The notes under the pieces are model-generated. The model had not been told where the DNA came from. It did not search any database and worked only from the letters and a program-made list of their open reading frames with translations. This document shows positions 1 to 8,570 of a stretch of DNA of 40,156 nucleotides, piece after piece. Each line of letters starts with the position of its first letter. The stretch's first letter is position 1. The DNA is from a virus. Taxonomy: Duplodnaviria; Caudoviricetes. The stretch is from positions 1-40,156 of the IMG/VR virus record IMGVR_UViG_3300032266_000202; one strand, given 5' to 3'. Made by a program: the position numbers and the translations under genes.

Positions 1-123
1 CCGTTAAGGTCATAGTATGTAGAGAGGCGACCCGATAAATCAATTATCGTGCGTTCGGTAATATCTGGCGACTTTGATGCCACGGCTTCTCCTCAGGTTT
101 TAAGAAATAATAGGAGCAGTTTA
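1..123. repeat. Terminal direct repeat (circular assembly overlap) identical to 40034-40156
   Basis: Exact 123-bp identity between both ends; it cuts through the start of the 676-aa tail gene, so it is most likely an assembly overlap. Confidence 0.95.
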
Positions 124-140
124 AACCCATGCTCAGGGGT
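114..140 (-). ncRNA. Putative H-type pseudoknot element, copy 1
   Basis: Minus strand ACCC-CT-GAGCA-T-GGGT-TTAAAC-TGCTC; a co-varying second copy lies at 19378-19402. Confidence 0.65.
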
Positions 141-151
141 ACAAGTTGCAG

Positions 152-505
152 TTATGCTGCTACTTTAATCCACTCTTTATTATATTCAGACCAAGTCCAT
201 ACAAAATTATTTTCTGGTTCTGGTTTTGTAATTGGTGGCACCCATTGATAGGTTGTATAATTTAATTTCCAAGAAGGAAATGGTTGAGGTGGAATAAATA
301 CATCAAAATCTTCATAATATTTAAACCCAATTCCTGCGTAATTTGCACGAATATTTCCATTATATGAAGTTCTTTTGCAAACTTGTCCTCTTAAATTACC
401 GTACCAAGTTTCTGGATTAAGTCCTTCAATAGTTTCAGTTTCATCAATACCAACAATAACTTCGGTAACGATATTATTTTCATTTAAAAAAGCGTAATGT
501 GCCAT
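152..505 (-). CDS. Tail-fibre-associated protein (possible assembly chaperone)
   Basis: ATG at 505 overlaps the upstream stop (TAATG); MAHYAF...TSYNGNIRANYAGIG...FIPPQPFPSW resembles proteins that follow Gly-rich phage fibres. Confidence 0.7.
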   Translation of the reverse strand: MAHYAFLNENNIVTEVIVGIDETETIEGLNPETWYGNLRGQVCKRTSYNGNIRANYAGIGFKYYEDFDVFIPPQPFPSWKLNYTTYQWVPPITKPEPENNFVWTWSEYNKEWIKVAA

Positions 506-2085
506 TATGCCCAACTCACATTTCCAGAACCACTAGTAATTGTGGCTCTCTTGTATCCACCACTTGCAGCGCTTTCACTGCCAGTTAAACCTGAACCAAT
601 GGTAATTGTTTTTGTATCTGCGTATCTAAGAATAACAATTCCAGAACCTCCGTTACCAGCATTATTTGGATAACCGCCAGTACCTCCGCCACCAGAACCA
701 GTATTTGCTGTTCCACTTACTGCACCACCGCCTCCATTTCCGCCATTACCTCCACCTGCTGTAGTGGCACCAGCACCGCCAGTACCAGTATCGTATGAAC
801 CACCACCGCCTCCGCCAGCGCGGGTAACTGCGGTTCCAGTAATAGATGATGAAAGACCAGCACCGCCAATACCACCCGTTCTATAAGTAACCCCACCAGC
901 ACCGCCTTGTGCGCCAGCGCCACCGCCACCGCCACCTTCACGAACATTTGATGCACCAGCACCGCCATCATAACCTTGCGCTGTTGTTCCAGCGCCACCA
1001 GGTGAACTAGAACCACCGTAAGATGAACCGCCTCCGCCAGAACCACCAGTTTTTCCTGAACCTGCTGGTGGAGCATTATCACCAATACCACCAGTACCAC
1101 CGCCAATAGAAGTAATGGTTGAAAATACAGAGTTGCTTCCATTAGTAGTAGCATTTACACCACTGCCACCAGCACCAACTGTTACGGTATAATTAGTTCC
1201 TGCTGCAATATTACTAGAAGATTCTGCGCTAGAACCTCGACCTGATGTTTCACCAGATACAGAATTACGATAACCGCCAGCACCGCCACCACCACAACCA
1301 TTACCAGATTGGTTATTTCCTCCACCACCGCCTCCTGCAATAACAAGAAAATCGACAGTAAAAAAAGTAGGAATTGTAACAGAGTTTGATGCAGATGATT
1401 CTAAACTAGTACCATTAGCGTTAGTTGTTTTTACTTTAAAAGTATAAGCCGAACCATTTGTTAAACCAGTAAAAGTCATAGTTGTAGAACTTGTAGTTGA
1501 TGCATTTTGAGTAGTGCCAGCGGTTACTCCATTTAAATATGGAGTAACAGTAATAGCAGAAAGGTTTTTACCACCAGTTGCATTAAGTGTCCAAGTAACG
1601 GTTACATCAACTGTTGTACTTGATGTTGTTGCTGTGCCAATAGTAGGTGCTTGTGGAACAGATGTTAATGTTTGTGTTTGCGTAATTGATGCTGGGCTTG
1701 TACCAAAAGCATTGTATGCAGTTCCATTAAATGTGTAAGAACCAGGATTACCAGTAATAGTAACTACTTGTGTTGAACTTGTACCTGTTGTAGAAAAAGA
1801 ACCTTGTGTAGCAGTAAATCCAGCGGCTTTACCGCCAGATGTTCCTTCTGTAAAGGCAACGCTACCTTGAACCGTTCCATAAGCAATGCTGGTTCCAACA
1901 TCTGTTACTGCAATAGTTGGTTGAGAAGCAGGTGCAGAACAAGGAACCCAATCAGTTCCAGTCCAAATTAAAAGAAAACCAAGTGTTCCATCATAATATG
2001 TGTCACCTATTGTTGGGCTTGCTGGGCGACCAGCAGTGTTACCTGATGGGATTCCGCCTTTAGCGGGAAATGAATTAAATGCCAT
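505..2085 (-). CDS. Glycine-rich tail fibre / receptor-binding protein with a fibronectin type III domain
   Basis: FN3 signature (PQAPTIGTA...FTGLTNGSAYTFKVKTTNANGTS..SSASNSV) followed by a Gly-rich domain (FLVIAGGGGGG...GNGGSGIVILRY). Confidence 0.8.
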   Translation of the reverse strand: MAFNSFPAKGGIPSGNTAGRPASPTIGDTYYDGTLGFLLIWTGTDWVPCSAPASQPTIAVTDVGTSIAYGTVQGSVAFTEGTSGGKAAGFTATQGSFSTTGTSSTQVVTITGNPGSYTFNGTAYNAFGTSPASITQTQTLTSVPQAPTIGTATTSSTTVDVTVTWTLNATGGKNLSAITVTPYLNGVTAGTTQNASTTSSTTMTFTGLTNGSAYTFKVKTTNANGTSLESSASNSVTIPTFFTVDFLVIAGGGGGGNNQSGNGCGGGGAGGYRNSVSGETSGRGSSAESSSNIAAGTNYTVTVGAGGSGVNATTNGSNSVFSTITSIGGGTGGIGDNAPPAGSGKTGGSGGGGSSYGGSSSPGGAGTTAQGYDGGAGASNVREGGGGGGAGAQGGAGGVTYRTGGIGGAGLSSSITGTAVTRAGGGGGGSYDTGTGGAGATTAGGGNGGNGGGGAVSGTANTGSGGGGTGGYPNNAGNGGSGIVILRYADTKTITIGSGLTGSESAASGGYKRATITSGSGNVSWA

Positions 2086-2399
2086 TATGAAATCTCCACT
2101 CCACTGATGTGAATAGACACAGCAGTTGTAGATGCAAAGCCAGTAATTATTTTAGGCGTTGCGTTGGCAGGTATAACCTGCTTCATATCAAAGCCAACTA
2201 CAGAGTTAGCAGGGATAGATACGGCAGGTACAACCGTGATGCCATCAATAGCAATGGTTGCAGTTGATGCAGATGTTGCTGCATTAGCCAACACAATGTT
2301 TGATACAACAGTTATAGTTGTTGTAGTCGGCACCGTGTATAGGGTTGTGCTGGATGTTGGTGCTGCTCTACGAGCAAGCGCCGTGGTTGTTGTAGCCAT
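2085..2399 (-). CDS. Small beta-rich virion protein
   Basis: 104-aa ORF coupled by TAATG to the downstream fibre gene; TTLYTVP motif. Confidence 0.7.
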   Translation of the reverse strand: MATTTTALARRAAPTSSTTLYTVPTTTTITVVSNIVLANAATSASTATIAIDGITVVPAVSIPANSVVGFDMKQVIPANATPKIITGFASTTAVSIHISGVEIS

Positions 2400-2414
2400 T
2401 AGTTACTACCTTTC

Positions 2415-3995
2415 CTAGAGTGCTTCCATAAGAAGCAGGGTTAGTTCATCTTTAATACTTCCTGGTCCATTAAGAGTAATATCAACAACACCAGTTAGGC
2501 TTGTTATTGTTGCTCCAGATGAAATAAGAGTTGAGCCAATAGTAGGTGCTGAGTATGTACTTGTATTGTTAATAGCAACCCATGCGCTACCAGACCATAC
2601 AGACATAATTCCACCTGTAGAGTTGAAGTACAGTGCACCTGTAAGAAGTGCATTGCCATCGTTATCTACCGTAGGGGCTGATGTTTTAGAACCAAGGTAA
2701 CGGTCATCAAAGTTGTCATAAGTTGTTTCAGCAGCAGCAGCGCTTGTAGCAGCACTTGATGCAGAAGTTACTGCAGATGCTGCACTTGTTGATGCTGCTG
2801 TTGCAGAGGCTGCAGCCGATGTAGCACTTGTTGATGCAGCGGTAGCCGATGCTGCTGCGGATGTAGCAGAAGTTGCTGATGCGGTTGCTGATGCGGATGC
2901 TGATGTAGCCGAAGTAGCAGCAGCAGCAACGCTTGCTGTCATAGATGAAGCAGAAGCAGCAGCGCTGGTTGCAGAGGTAGCAGCAGCCGTTGCTGATGCA
3001 GCAGCAGAAGTGGCTGATGTAGCAGCAGCAGAGGCTGAGTTAGAAGCAGTAGTTGAATATGCTGCAATCGCTGCAACAGAAGCAGCAGCAGTAGTAGCGC
3101 TAGCAGCAGCGGAAGTAGCAGATGTTGCTGCAGCAGTAGCACTGGCTGCAGCGCTTGTTGCGCTAGTGGCAGCAGCCGTTGCTGAGGTAGCAGCGCTGGT
3201 AGCACTTGTGGCTGCAGCAGTCTGTGATGTTAAAGCAGAAGATGCGCTTGTTGCTGCAGCACTTGCGCTTGATGCAGAAGAAGTTGCTGATGTTGCTGCG
3301 CTAGTTGCTGATGTAGCAGCAGATGTAGCGCTAGTTGCTGCAGATGTAGCAGAGGTAGATGCAGCAGTGGCTGAGCCAAGGATTGCATCTACATAATTCT
3401 TAGGTGTTGCAGATGAAGCAACCATGCCTGCAGATGAAAGACCAGTAATTGTTCCAGAACCGCTAACAACAATAGATGCTGTTGAAGTTACTGTACCCGT
3501 AAGGGTTGCACCGTTAATAACTGGAGTTGTAAGAGTTTTACGAGTAAGTGTTACTGACTGGTCAGAACCAACTACAGAACCATCGCCAGATACAAGTCCG
3601 TGAACATGTGTATCAACATTAGCAAGGATTCCTGAATCAGTATCATAACCACGGGCTGCAATATGTGTCTGTAATTCTTTAAACTCACGAGCAGATACAC
3701 CATGGCGTACAGTGGCACCAGCAGAGTGGGCTACAGCCTGTGTATTATCTTGACCACGCTTAATGCTAAGAGTAGTTCCATTTATTACTGTTACAGTAAC
3801 CACTTCTTCTCTTGATGTATCTGGTTCAAGGATTAAAGTAAACGGTACTGTACCTGGAAAACCACTGGCAGATACAATGGCAACGGATGCTGTGGTGTCA
3901 TCTGTCGCTGCCGATGTAATAGAACTGACCAGCGTTGTTTGAATTGCTGTTGCGGAGTAGTTCCGCTTTCTGGTACCTGGGTCGCCTGCTGCCAT
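2415..3995 (-). CDS. Tail fibre / stalk protein with Ser-Ala-Thr repeats
   Basis: About 215 aa of SATSAA-type repeats (as in lambda Stf) between globular N- and C-terminal regions. Confidence 0.8.
   Translation of the reverse strand: MAAGDPGTRKRNYSATAIQTTLVSSITSAATDDTTASVAIVSASGFPGTVPFTLILEPDTSREEVVTVTVINGTTLSIKRGQDNTQAVAHSAGATVRHGVSAREFKELQTHIAARGYDTDSGILANVDTHVHGLVSGDGSVVGSDQSVTLTRKTLTTPVINGATLTGTVTSTASIVVSGSGTITGLSSAGMVASSATPKNYVDAILGSATAASTSATSAATSATSAATSATSAATSATSSASSASAAATSASSALTSQTAAATSATSAATSATAAATSATSAAASATAAATSATSAAASATTAAASVAAIAAYSTTASNSASAAATSATSAAASATAAATSATSAAASASSMTASVAAAATSATSASASATASATSATSAAASATAASTSATSAAASATAASTSAASAVTSASSAATSAAAAETTYDNFDDRYLGSKTSAPTVDNDGNALLTGALYFNSTGGIMSVWSGSAWVAINNTSTYSAPTIGSTLISSGATITSLTGVVDITLNGPGSIKDELTLLLMEAL
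2725..3370 (-). repeat. Degenerate coding repeat (SATSAAT/S heptads)
   Basis: Seen in the translation; synonymously diverged at DNA level. Confidence 0.85.
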
Positions 3996-4004
3996 GTGGG
4001 TGCC

Positions 4005-4925
4005 TTATCTCTGATAGTGTGAACGAATAGGGAACTGACGGCGTTGGTTCTCCGCCACTTCGTTAAGACGAGTTGTGTAGATATTGAACAAGAAGCGTGA
4101 TGCGTTTTCACCGCTTCGTGCTCCACGCTGATTGTCAAGTACATCTGCTTCTGCAGATAAAGCACCAAGGCGTGATGGGTCTAGGAAAGAAATCATACGA
4201 AAGGCTGCGCCATAAACAACTACATCTTCTGAATAATCAGGCATGCCAGTTACTGTTGAGTATTCTTGATTAACTGTAGGTAGTTGTGAAAGGTCAAATA
4301 ATGTTGGGCGCTTTGAGTAAGCCACATTGACTGCTCGCCCTGGTACTACAGGGGAATAGATACCAAGTGAGTGACCAAAGTTTGTACCATCGCCAAAGGC
4401 TGTTGGGTTAGCAACGCGGTCTAACTGCCATGCACGAACTGGAAGCCACTCTTTAGATGGTCCAATTACTGAGTGAGTTACTGACAAAACATTTTGCACA
4501 GCATCGGGGATATCATAGGTTGTGCGTGCTGCAATGTAGTTAAACTGATACTGACCAATAGCAAATACTTGTGGGTACATAGCATTGAGTGTGTCATTGA
4601 TAGCACGCTTGATTTCATAGCGTGGGAACAATGGCGCAACCATTACCCTGTCAAGGTTAGAGTGGGCTGCTGCTGGAGTACCGCGCTGTCCACGACCCCA
4701 TGGTGCAAGGGTAAGCACATTGTCAATGTTGTTGGTTGAGTTGACATACATAATCTCATCGCCAACTTGGACAAATCCACGGCTAACAACATTGGCATCG
4801 TTAATAGGTATGCTTGTATCACCTGCGGTTACCGCAGATGTAAGCCATGTAGTTGATTCCATGTTAAGGCTATAACCATGAAGGAGCGTGTCCACACGGT
4901 CAGTAAGTTGTTCAAGTGTACTCAT
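4005..4925 (-). CDS. Probable tail adaptor / tail tubular protein
   Basis: 306 aa; position in the virion module; helical N- and C-termini flanking a beta-rich insert. Confidence 0.55.
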   Translation of the reverse strand: MSTLEQLTDRVDTLLHGYSLNMESTTWLTSAVTAGDTSIPINDANVVSRGFVQVGDEIMYVNSTNNIDNVLTLAPWGRGQRGTPAAAHSNLDRVMVAPLFPRYEIKRAINDTLNAMYPQVFAIGQYQFNYIAARTTYDIPDAVQNVLSVTHSVIGPSKEWLPVRAWQLDRVANPTAFGDGTNFGHSLGIYSPVVPGRAVNVAYSKRPTLFDLSQLPTVNQEYSTVTGMPDYSEDVVVYGAAFRMISFLDPSRLGALSAEADVLDNQRGARSGENASRFLFNIYTTRLNEVAENQRRQFPIRSHYQR

Positions 4926-5200
4926 AGGTCAATGCTCCGTAACGCTGATACTGCTGACTTGCCAGTGGTTGAAGCCAGTTCATTACATACTGCATTAAGA
5001 CCTTTGAAGTCTGCAGGTTTGCGAGTAGCATCTGCCTTAAGATTCAAAGCGTGTACAGTTTCATAGATAACAGATAGTCCTGCCCACGCACATGCTGCTG
5101 CTGCTTCTTCTTTGAACGCAGTGCGTGCTGGGTATGTACCACCGTTGGCAAGTCTGTTTAATTCAGCAACGAGTGTTGAGCCTGCGTAACCTGTAGCCAT
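4922..5200 (-). CDS. Hypothetical virion-module protein
   Basis: 92-aa ORF with ATGA overlap to the downstream gene. Confidence 0.7.
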   Translation of the reverse strand: MATGYAGSTLVAELNRLANGGTYPARTAFKEEAAAACAWAGLSVIYETVHALNLKADATRKPADFKGLNAVCNELASTTGKSAVSALRSIDL

Positions 5201-5202
5201 AA

Positions 5203-5364
5203 TTACTTACCCTTCTTCTGTGCTGCTCTCATGTTGTCCACAAGATTAGGATATTTTCTGCCAGCCTTTTTAGCAGCAGCCTTGGCTGATGCTTTAGCAG
5301 CAGGTGATAGTGGAGTAGATTTTTTGTTAGGGTTTGGTTTATCCCATATTTCTTTTTTAGCCAT
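5203..5364 (-). CDS. Small Lys/Ala-rich basic protein (53 aa, MAKKEIWDKPNP...YPNLVDNMRAAQKKGK)
   Basis: Translated by hand; TAATG coupling with the upstream gene; below the ORF-track cutoff. Confidence 0.75.
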   Translation of the reverse strand: MAKKEIWDKPNPNKKSTPLSPAAKASAKAAAKKAGRKYPNLVDNMRAAQKKGK

Positions 5365-5621
5365 TACCATTTCACCTTGTCTGCCCAGTACGCTGCGCTC
5401 ATCTTGCCTTTGGCAATGTTGGTTGCATGACGAGCCTTAAATGATTTCTGTCGTGCTGTTGGAGTCTTATCTCCAGTGACACCCTGTTGACCAAAGCGAA
5501 TAGTTTTAACCTGGTCACCAGACTTAGCCACAACTACATGTGACTTTGTTGGGTGACTCGGTGTACGCTTTGGTTTATTAAAACCAGATACGCCTGCTCG
5601 CTTTAGCCTTGGGTCTGTCAT
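5364..5621 (-). CDS. Small basic phage protein
   Basis: 85 aa, HPTKSHVV...IRFGQQG...SFKARH...SAAYWADKVKW; tightly packed with neighbours. Confidence 0.8.
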   Translation of the reverse strand: MTDPRLKRAGVSGFNKPKRTPSHPTKSHVVVAKSGDQVKTIRFGQQGVTGDKTPTARQKSFKARHATNIAKGKMSAAYWADKVKW

Positions 5622-5936
5622 TTATTTTCCTGACTTCTTATTTTTTTTCATTGCTTTTTCTGCTTGTTCTCTTTCATAAGCCCTTTTAATTGCAATAGCA
5701 TCAAGATTGGACATAGCAATGTCAGTTGATTTAACTGATTTTGTTTTATCTTCTTGTTTTTTGTCGTAAGCCTTTTTTAAAGCAATAGCCTCAGCATTAG
5801 AAAAAGCAGGATTACTGGTCCAATCAGTGGCTGATTTTTGATTTGGCGTTTTACCATCTGGATGGTTTACTTTGCCAGCACCAACATTGCCTGTACCACC
5901 AACTCCACCACCAGAAATTTTATATCCGCTTGCCAT
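5622..5936 (-). CDS. Lys-rich hypothetical protein (start MASGYK)
   Basis: GGGAGA RBS before ATG 5936; internal duplication (SNAEAIALKKAY / SNLDAIAIKRAY). Confidence 0.65.
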   Translation of the reverse strand: MASGYKISGGGVGGTGNVGAGKVNHPDGKTPNQKSATDWTSNPAFSNAEAIALKKAYDKKQEDKTKSVKSTDIAMSNLDAIAIKRAYEREQAEKAMKKNKKSGK

Positions 5937-5937
5937 G

Positions 5938-6060
5938 TTATCTCCCTGTAAGAGTAGTCGGATTGTTAACCGCAGGGGCTGGGATGCCATAAGGGTTAAC
6001 TGTTCCATAATTGTCATCTGAATTAACTGTCTTTGTTCCGCATCCGCATGTTGTACACAT
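5938..6060 (-). CDS. 40-aa peptide with an N-terminal CxxCGC metal-binding motif (MCTTCGCGTKTVNSDD...)
   Basis: Translated by hand; fills the gap between flanking genes exactly; AAGGG upstream. Confidence 0.7.
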   Translation of the reverse strand: MCTTCGCGTKTVNSDDNYGTVNPYGIPAPAVNNPTTLTGR

Positions 6061-6062
6061 GA

Positions 6063-6764
6063 TTACTTGCCCTTCTTCTTCATAAGCATTGCCATACCAG
6101 CCTTCATTTCTTTAGCCTTTGCAGCCTTTGGTTCAGCCTTCTCAGCCATTGCATAAGCCTTCTTCTTCATTGCTGGTGAAATCTTCTTTTTTGCTGTTGC
6201 CATTTCGTTCCCCTTTTGTGTGATTACTTTTACATCTCCACCAACACTGATACAGTAATCGGCGGAAATTTTAATTGCCCTGCGTGCAGCAAACTCTGCT
6301 GCTTTCATTGAGTTCTTACTGAACCCAGTGGCTAGTGCACCAAGTGCTAATGAGCCACCACTACCTACTGCGTAGAGTCCACGGTCATCTCGTGACCACA
6401 TGTACTCCTCATCAATTTCGTAAATAACTCCATTGATACAGATGAGTGCATCAAACCCAGCATTTGGGTCTTTGGTTACATCTGGCTCATAGCCATGTTC
6501 TTTCATGGCATCTCGTAAAGAAGGCAATACCTTGGTCTGCATAAATGCATCCAATGGCATTGTCTTGATAATCTTAGGTGGCACCCATAAAAACTCTGCT
6601 ATGTTGCCAGAGATGGCATCACCTGCAAAGGCAAATACATAATCACCCTTGCGTACTACCTTGTCCATACCTTTTGCATAGTATGGTTTGTCATCATAGG
6701 TAGTCATGGAATCTGCTGCGATTACTGCCCAGCCTTTTCCCTGAATACCTACGATGGCAGTCAT
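6063..6764 (-). CDS. HslV / proteasome-beta-like Ntn-hydrolase (threonine protease) with a Lys-rich C-terminal extension
   Basis: N-terminal M-T, AADS, conserved Lys (DKV), AFAGD and AVGSGG motifs of the Ntn-protease fold. Confidence 0.8.
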   Translation of the reverse strand: MTAIVGIQGKGWAVIAADSMTTYDDKPYYAKGMDKVVRKGDYVFAFAGDAISGNIAEFLWVPPKIIKTMPLDAFMQTKVLPSLRDAMKEHGYEPDVTKDPNAGFDALICINGVIYEIDEEYMWSRDDRGLYAVGSGGSLALGALATGFSKNSMKAAEFAARRAIKISADYCISVGGDVKVITQKGNEMATAKKKISPAMKKKAYAMAEKAEPKAAKAKEMKAGMAMLMKKKGK

Positions 6765-7036
6765 GGTTTAAACCCACCCGTATTGGCATCGTATGCCTTG
6801 CCAGCCTTATCAGACTTATCAATAGCATCTTTAATTTTTGCCATGCTTGTTCCATCAGGTTGAATACCTTGTGCCCGTGCACTTGAATAGGCATTAAGTT
6901 CAGCATCCCATTTTTTCTGAGACATGCCGTTCTTATTGCTTGCAGCATCACCTGGTGATAATTGAAGTGTTCCTACTTTGCAACCAAAGCAACCTTCTAC
7001 AAACTCTGGGTGCGTTTGAATCTGATGTAGTGTCAT
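6761..7036 (-). CDS. Hypothetical protein with H-x-HP...CFGC motif
   Basis: 91 aa; ATGA overlaps on both sides. Confidence 0.75.
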   Translation of the reverse strand: MTLHQIQTHPEFVEGCFGCKVGTLQLSPGDAASNKNGMSQKKWDAELNAYSSARAQGIQPDGTSMAKIKDAIDKSDKAGKAYDANTGGFKP

Positions 7037-7305
7037 ATCGCTGTTATGTAATCCCCGTATGTGCCACCAATAGAAGCATCTGTTAAACGATTCTTTGTGG
7101 CTTCATCAATAATGTAAGTGTGTCCACCAAGGTAATGCTCGGTAGATGCTGCAATATCGGTTTGAGCGGGGAAGCGATATGAGGAGTATACCCCGTCAAT
7201 CATAAGAACTGATACGCCACGGTGGATGCCATAGCGAATAAACAATCTATCCCACGCAATCGGAGTCTCTTTAACCGATGGTGTAACAAATTGATATTGT
7301 GCCAT
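7033..7305 (-). CDS. Hypothetical virion-module protein (start MAQYQF)
   Basis: Strong AAGGAGG RBS before ATG 7305. Confidence 0.75.
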   Translation of the reverse strand: MAQYQFVTPSVKETPIAWDRLFIRYGIHRGVSVLMIDGVYSSYRFPAQTDIAASTEHYLGGHTYIIDEATKNRLTDASIGGTYGDYITAI

Positions 7306-7321
7306 GTTTCCTCCTTGTTGG

Positions 7322-7358
7322 TGTAGAGAGAGGGCAGGCAAACCTGCCCTCTCCTACA
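7322..7358 (-). terminator. Strong hairpin after the major capsid gene (attenuator or mRNA-stabilising stem)
   Basis: GAGAGGGCAGG / CCTGCCCTCTC 11-bp stem with a 4-nt loop; no U-tract on the coding strand. Confidence 0.6.
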
Positions 7359-7364
7359 TTGGTA

Positions 7365-8537
7365 CTATGCAGAGATAGATGAACCTGTCTCAATACGGTA
7401 CATAGCAGCCTCACGGTAACGAGCAAAGCCAAGTACGCCGTACCAACCGATTGGGCGGAAACGCATCAAACGGTCAACGACTGGTCCGATAACAACATTT
7501 GGCTCCTGTGCAACTGCCTCCGCAAGTGCCTGCTTTCCAGCAAGGATTGTGCGGTAGTTAGCGGTTACTGGAGTTACTGTTACAACGGTTGTTGCAGATA
7601 CTGCGCCAGTGTTGGCTGTATCTACAGTGATTGTGGTTGTTGAACCTGATGTAACCAAAGATGTAATCTTTGCACCAGTTGCAATACCTGTACCTGAAAT
7701 CTTATCTCCTGCTTCTGCAGAAGTAGCGATAACAGATGATGAAGCAACACCTAGTGTGTAGCCTGCTGATGTTCCAGCAACAGTTACTGCTGTTGTAGCA
7801 AGTGCTGTTGCATCTGCACCGTCTACGCCACGGTACATACGAGGAGTTTCAACGAAGAACGCTCCTTCAAATGTTCCGATTGAGCCAGCCCAGAACTGTC
7901 CTGTGCCTGTCTCTGCGTACTTGTGCATGTCGTTCCATCCGCCAACGCCTGTTTCTGCACGAAGGTCATGTGAAACTTCTGGGTGGATACCACACCAGTA
8001 GAGTGAACCTTCGCGTGGAACAGCCTTGTTTGAACGCAACTTAGCAACAGCCTTACGGATGTTAGCAGCGGTCAATGTGTCAGATGCTGTGATTGTTGCT
8101 GTTGATGTACGACTTCCACCGTAGATAACATTTGTTCCAGCACGGAGTGATTCCATTGCAATCTTGTCAATAGAGTCAGCCATGTTGTAAGCGATGATGT
8201 CTGCAACTGCAGGGTCAACATCTGAGAGTGAGAACAACTGTAGTTTACGAGTAACGAGTGAAGCGTTACCGTATTCAGCAAGTGTTACTGAAACAGTGGT
8301 TACATCTGATAGTGCTACTGCATCTGGGTCAGTTGTTTCTGATGAGAGTGCAGAAGTTGCTGGTGCCAAGTCATTGTAAAGTGAGAATACAACGCTTGAA
8401 CCTGGCATTGCTTGCTGAGCAGGGCGCTTGTCTGCTACTGAACGAATCAGTGGCTGAGCACGAAGCGCGAACTCAACATAGCGGTCATAAGCAGTTTTAA
8501 TCAGACCTGCGAGGGCTGAGGAATCTGTATATGCCAT
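7365..8537 (-). CDS. Major capsid protein (HK97 fold, N4-gp56-like) with an inserted domain
   Basis: GGAGGTG RBS; motifs VTLAEYGN, IHPEVSHDLR, GSIGTFEGAFFVE, PIGWYG; follows the scaffold gene. Confidence 0.9.
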   Translation of the reverse strand: MAYTDSSALAGLIKTAYDRYVEFALRAQPLIRSVADKRPAQQAMPGSSVVFSLYNDLAPATSALSSETTDPDAVALSDVTTVSVTLAEYGNASLVTRKLQLFSLSDVDPAVADIIAYNMADSIDKIAMESLRAGTNVIYGGSRTSTATITASDTLTAANIRKAVAKLRSNKAVPREGSLYWCGIHPEVSHDLRAETGVGGWNDMHKYAETGTGQFWAGSIGTFEGAFFVETPRMYRGVDGADATALATTAVTVAGTSAGYTLGVASSSVIATSAEAGDKISGTGIATGAKITSLVTSGSTTTITVDTANTGAVSATTVVTVTPVTANYRTILAGKQALAEAVAQEPNVVIGPVVDRLMRFRPIGWYGVLGFARYREAAMYRIETGSSISA

Positions 8538-8570
8538 GTAGTTCACCTCCTGGTGATTGGTAGTTGTGTG

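Noticed and set aside
2939-3396. Leu-rich and Ala/Val-rich alternative ORFs (2939-3205 -, 3010-3396 +)
   Set aside because: Shadow frames of the SATSAA repeat
152-3995. Diversity-generating retroelement or invertible tail-fibre cassette
   Set aside because: No reverse transcriptase, invertase or template/variable repeat pair seen
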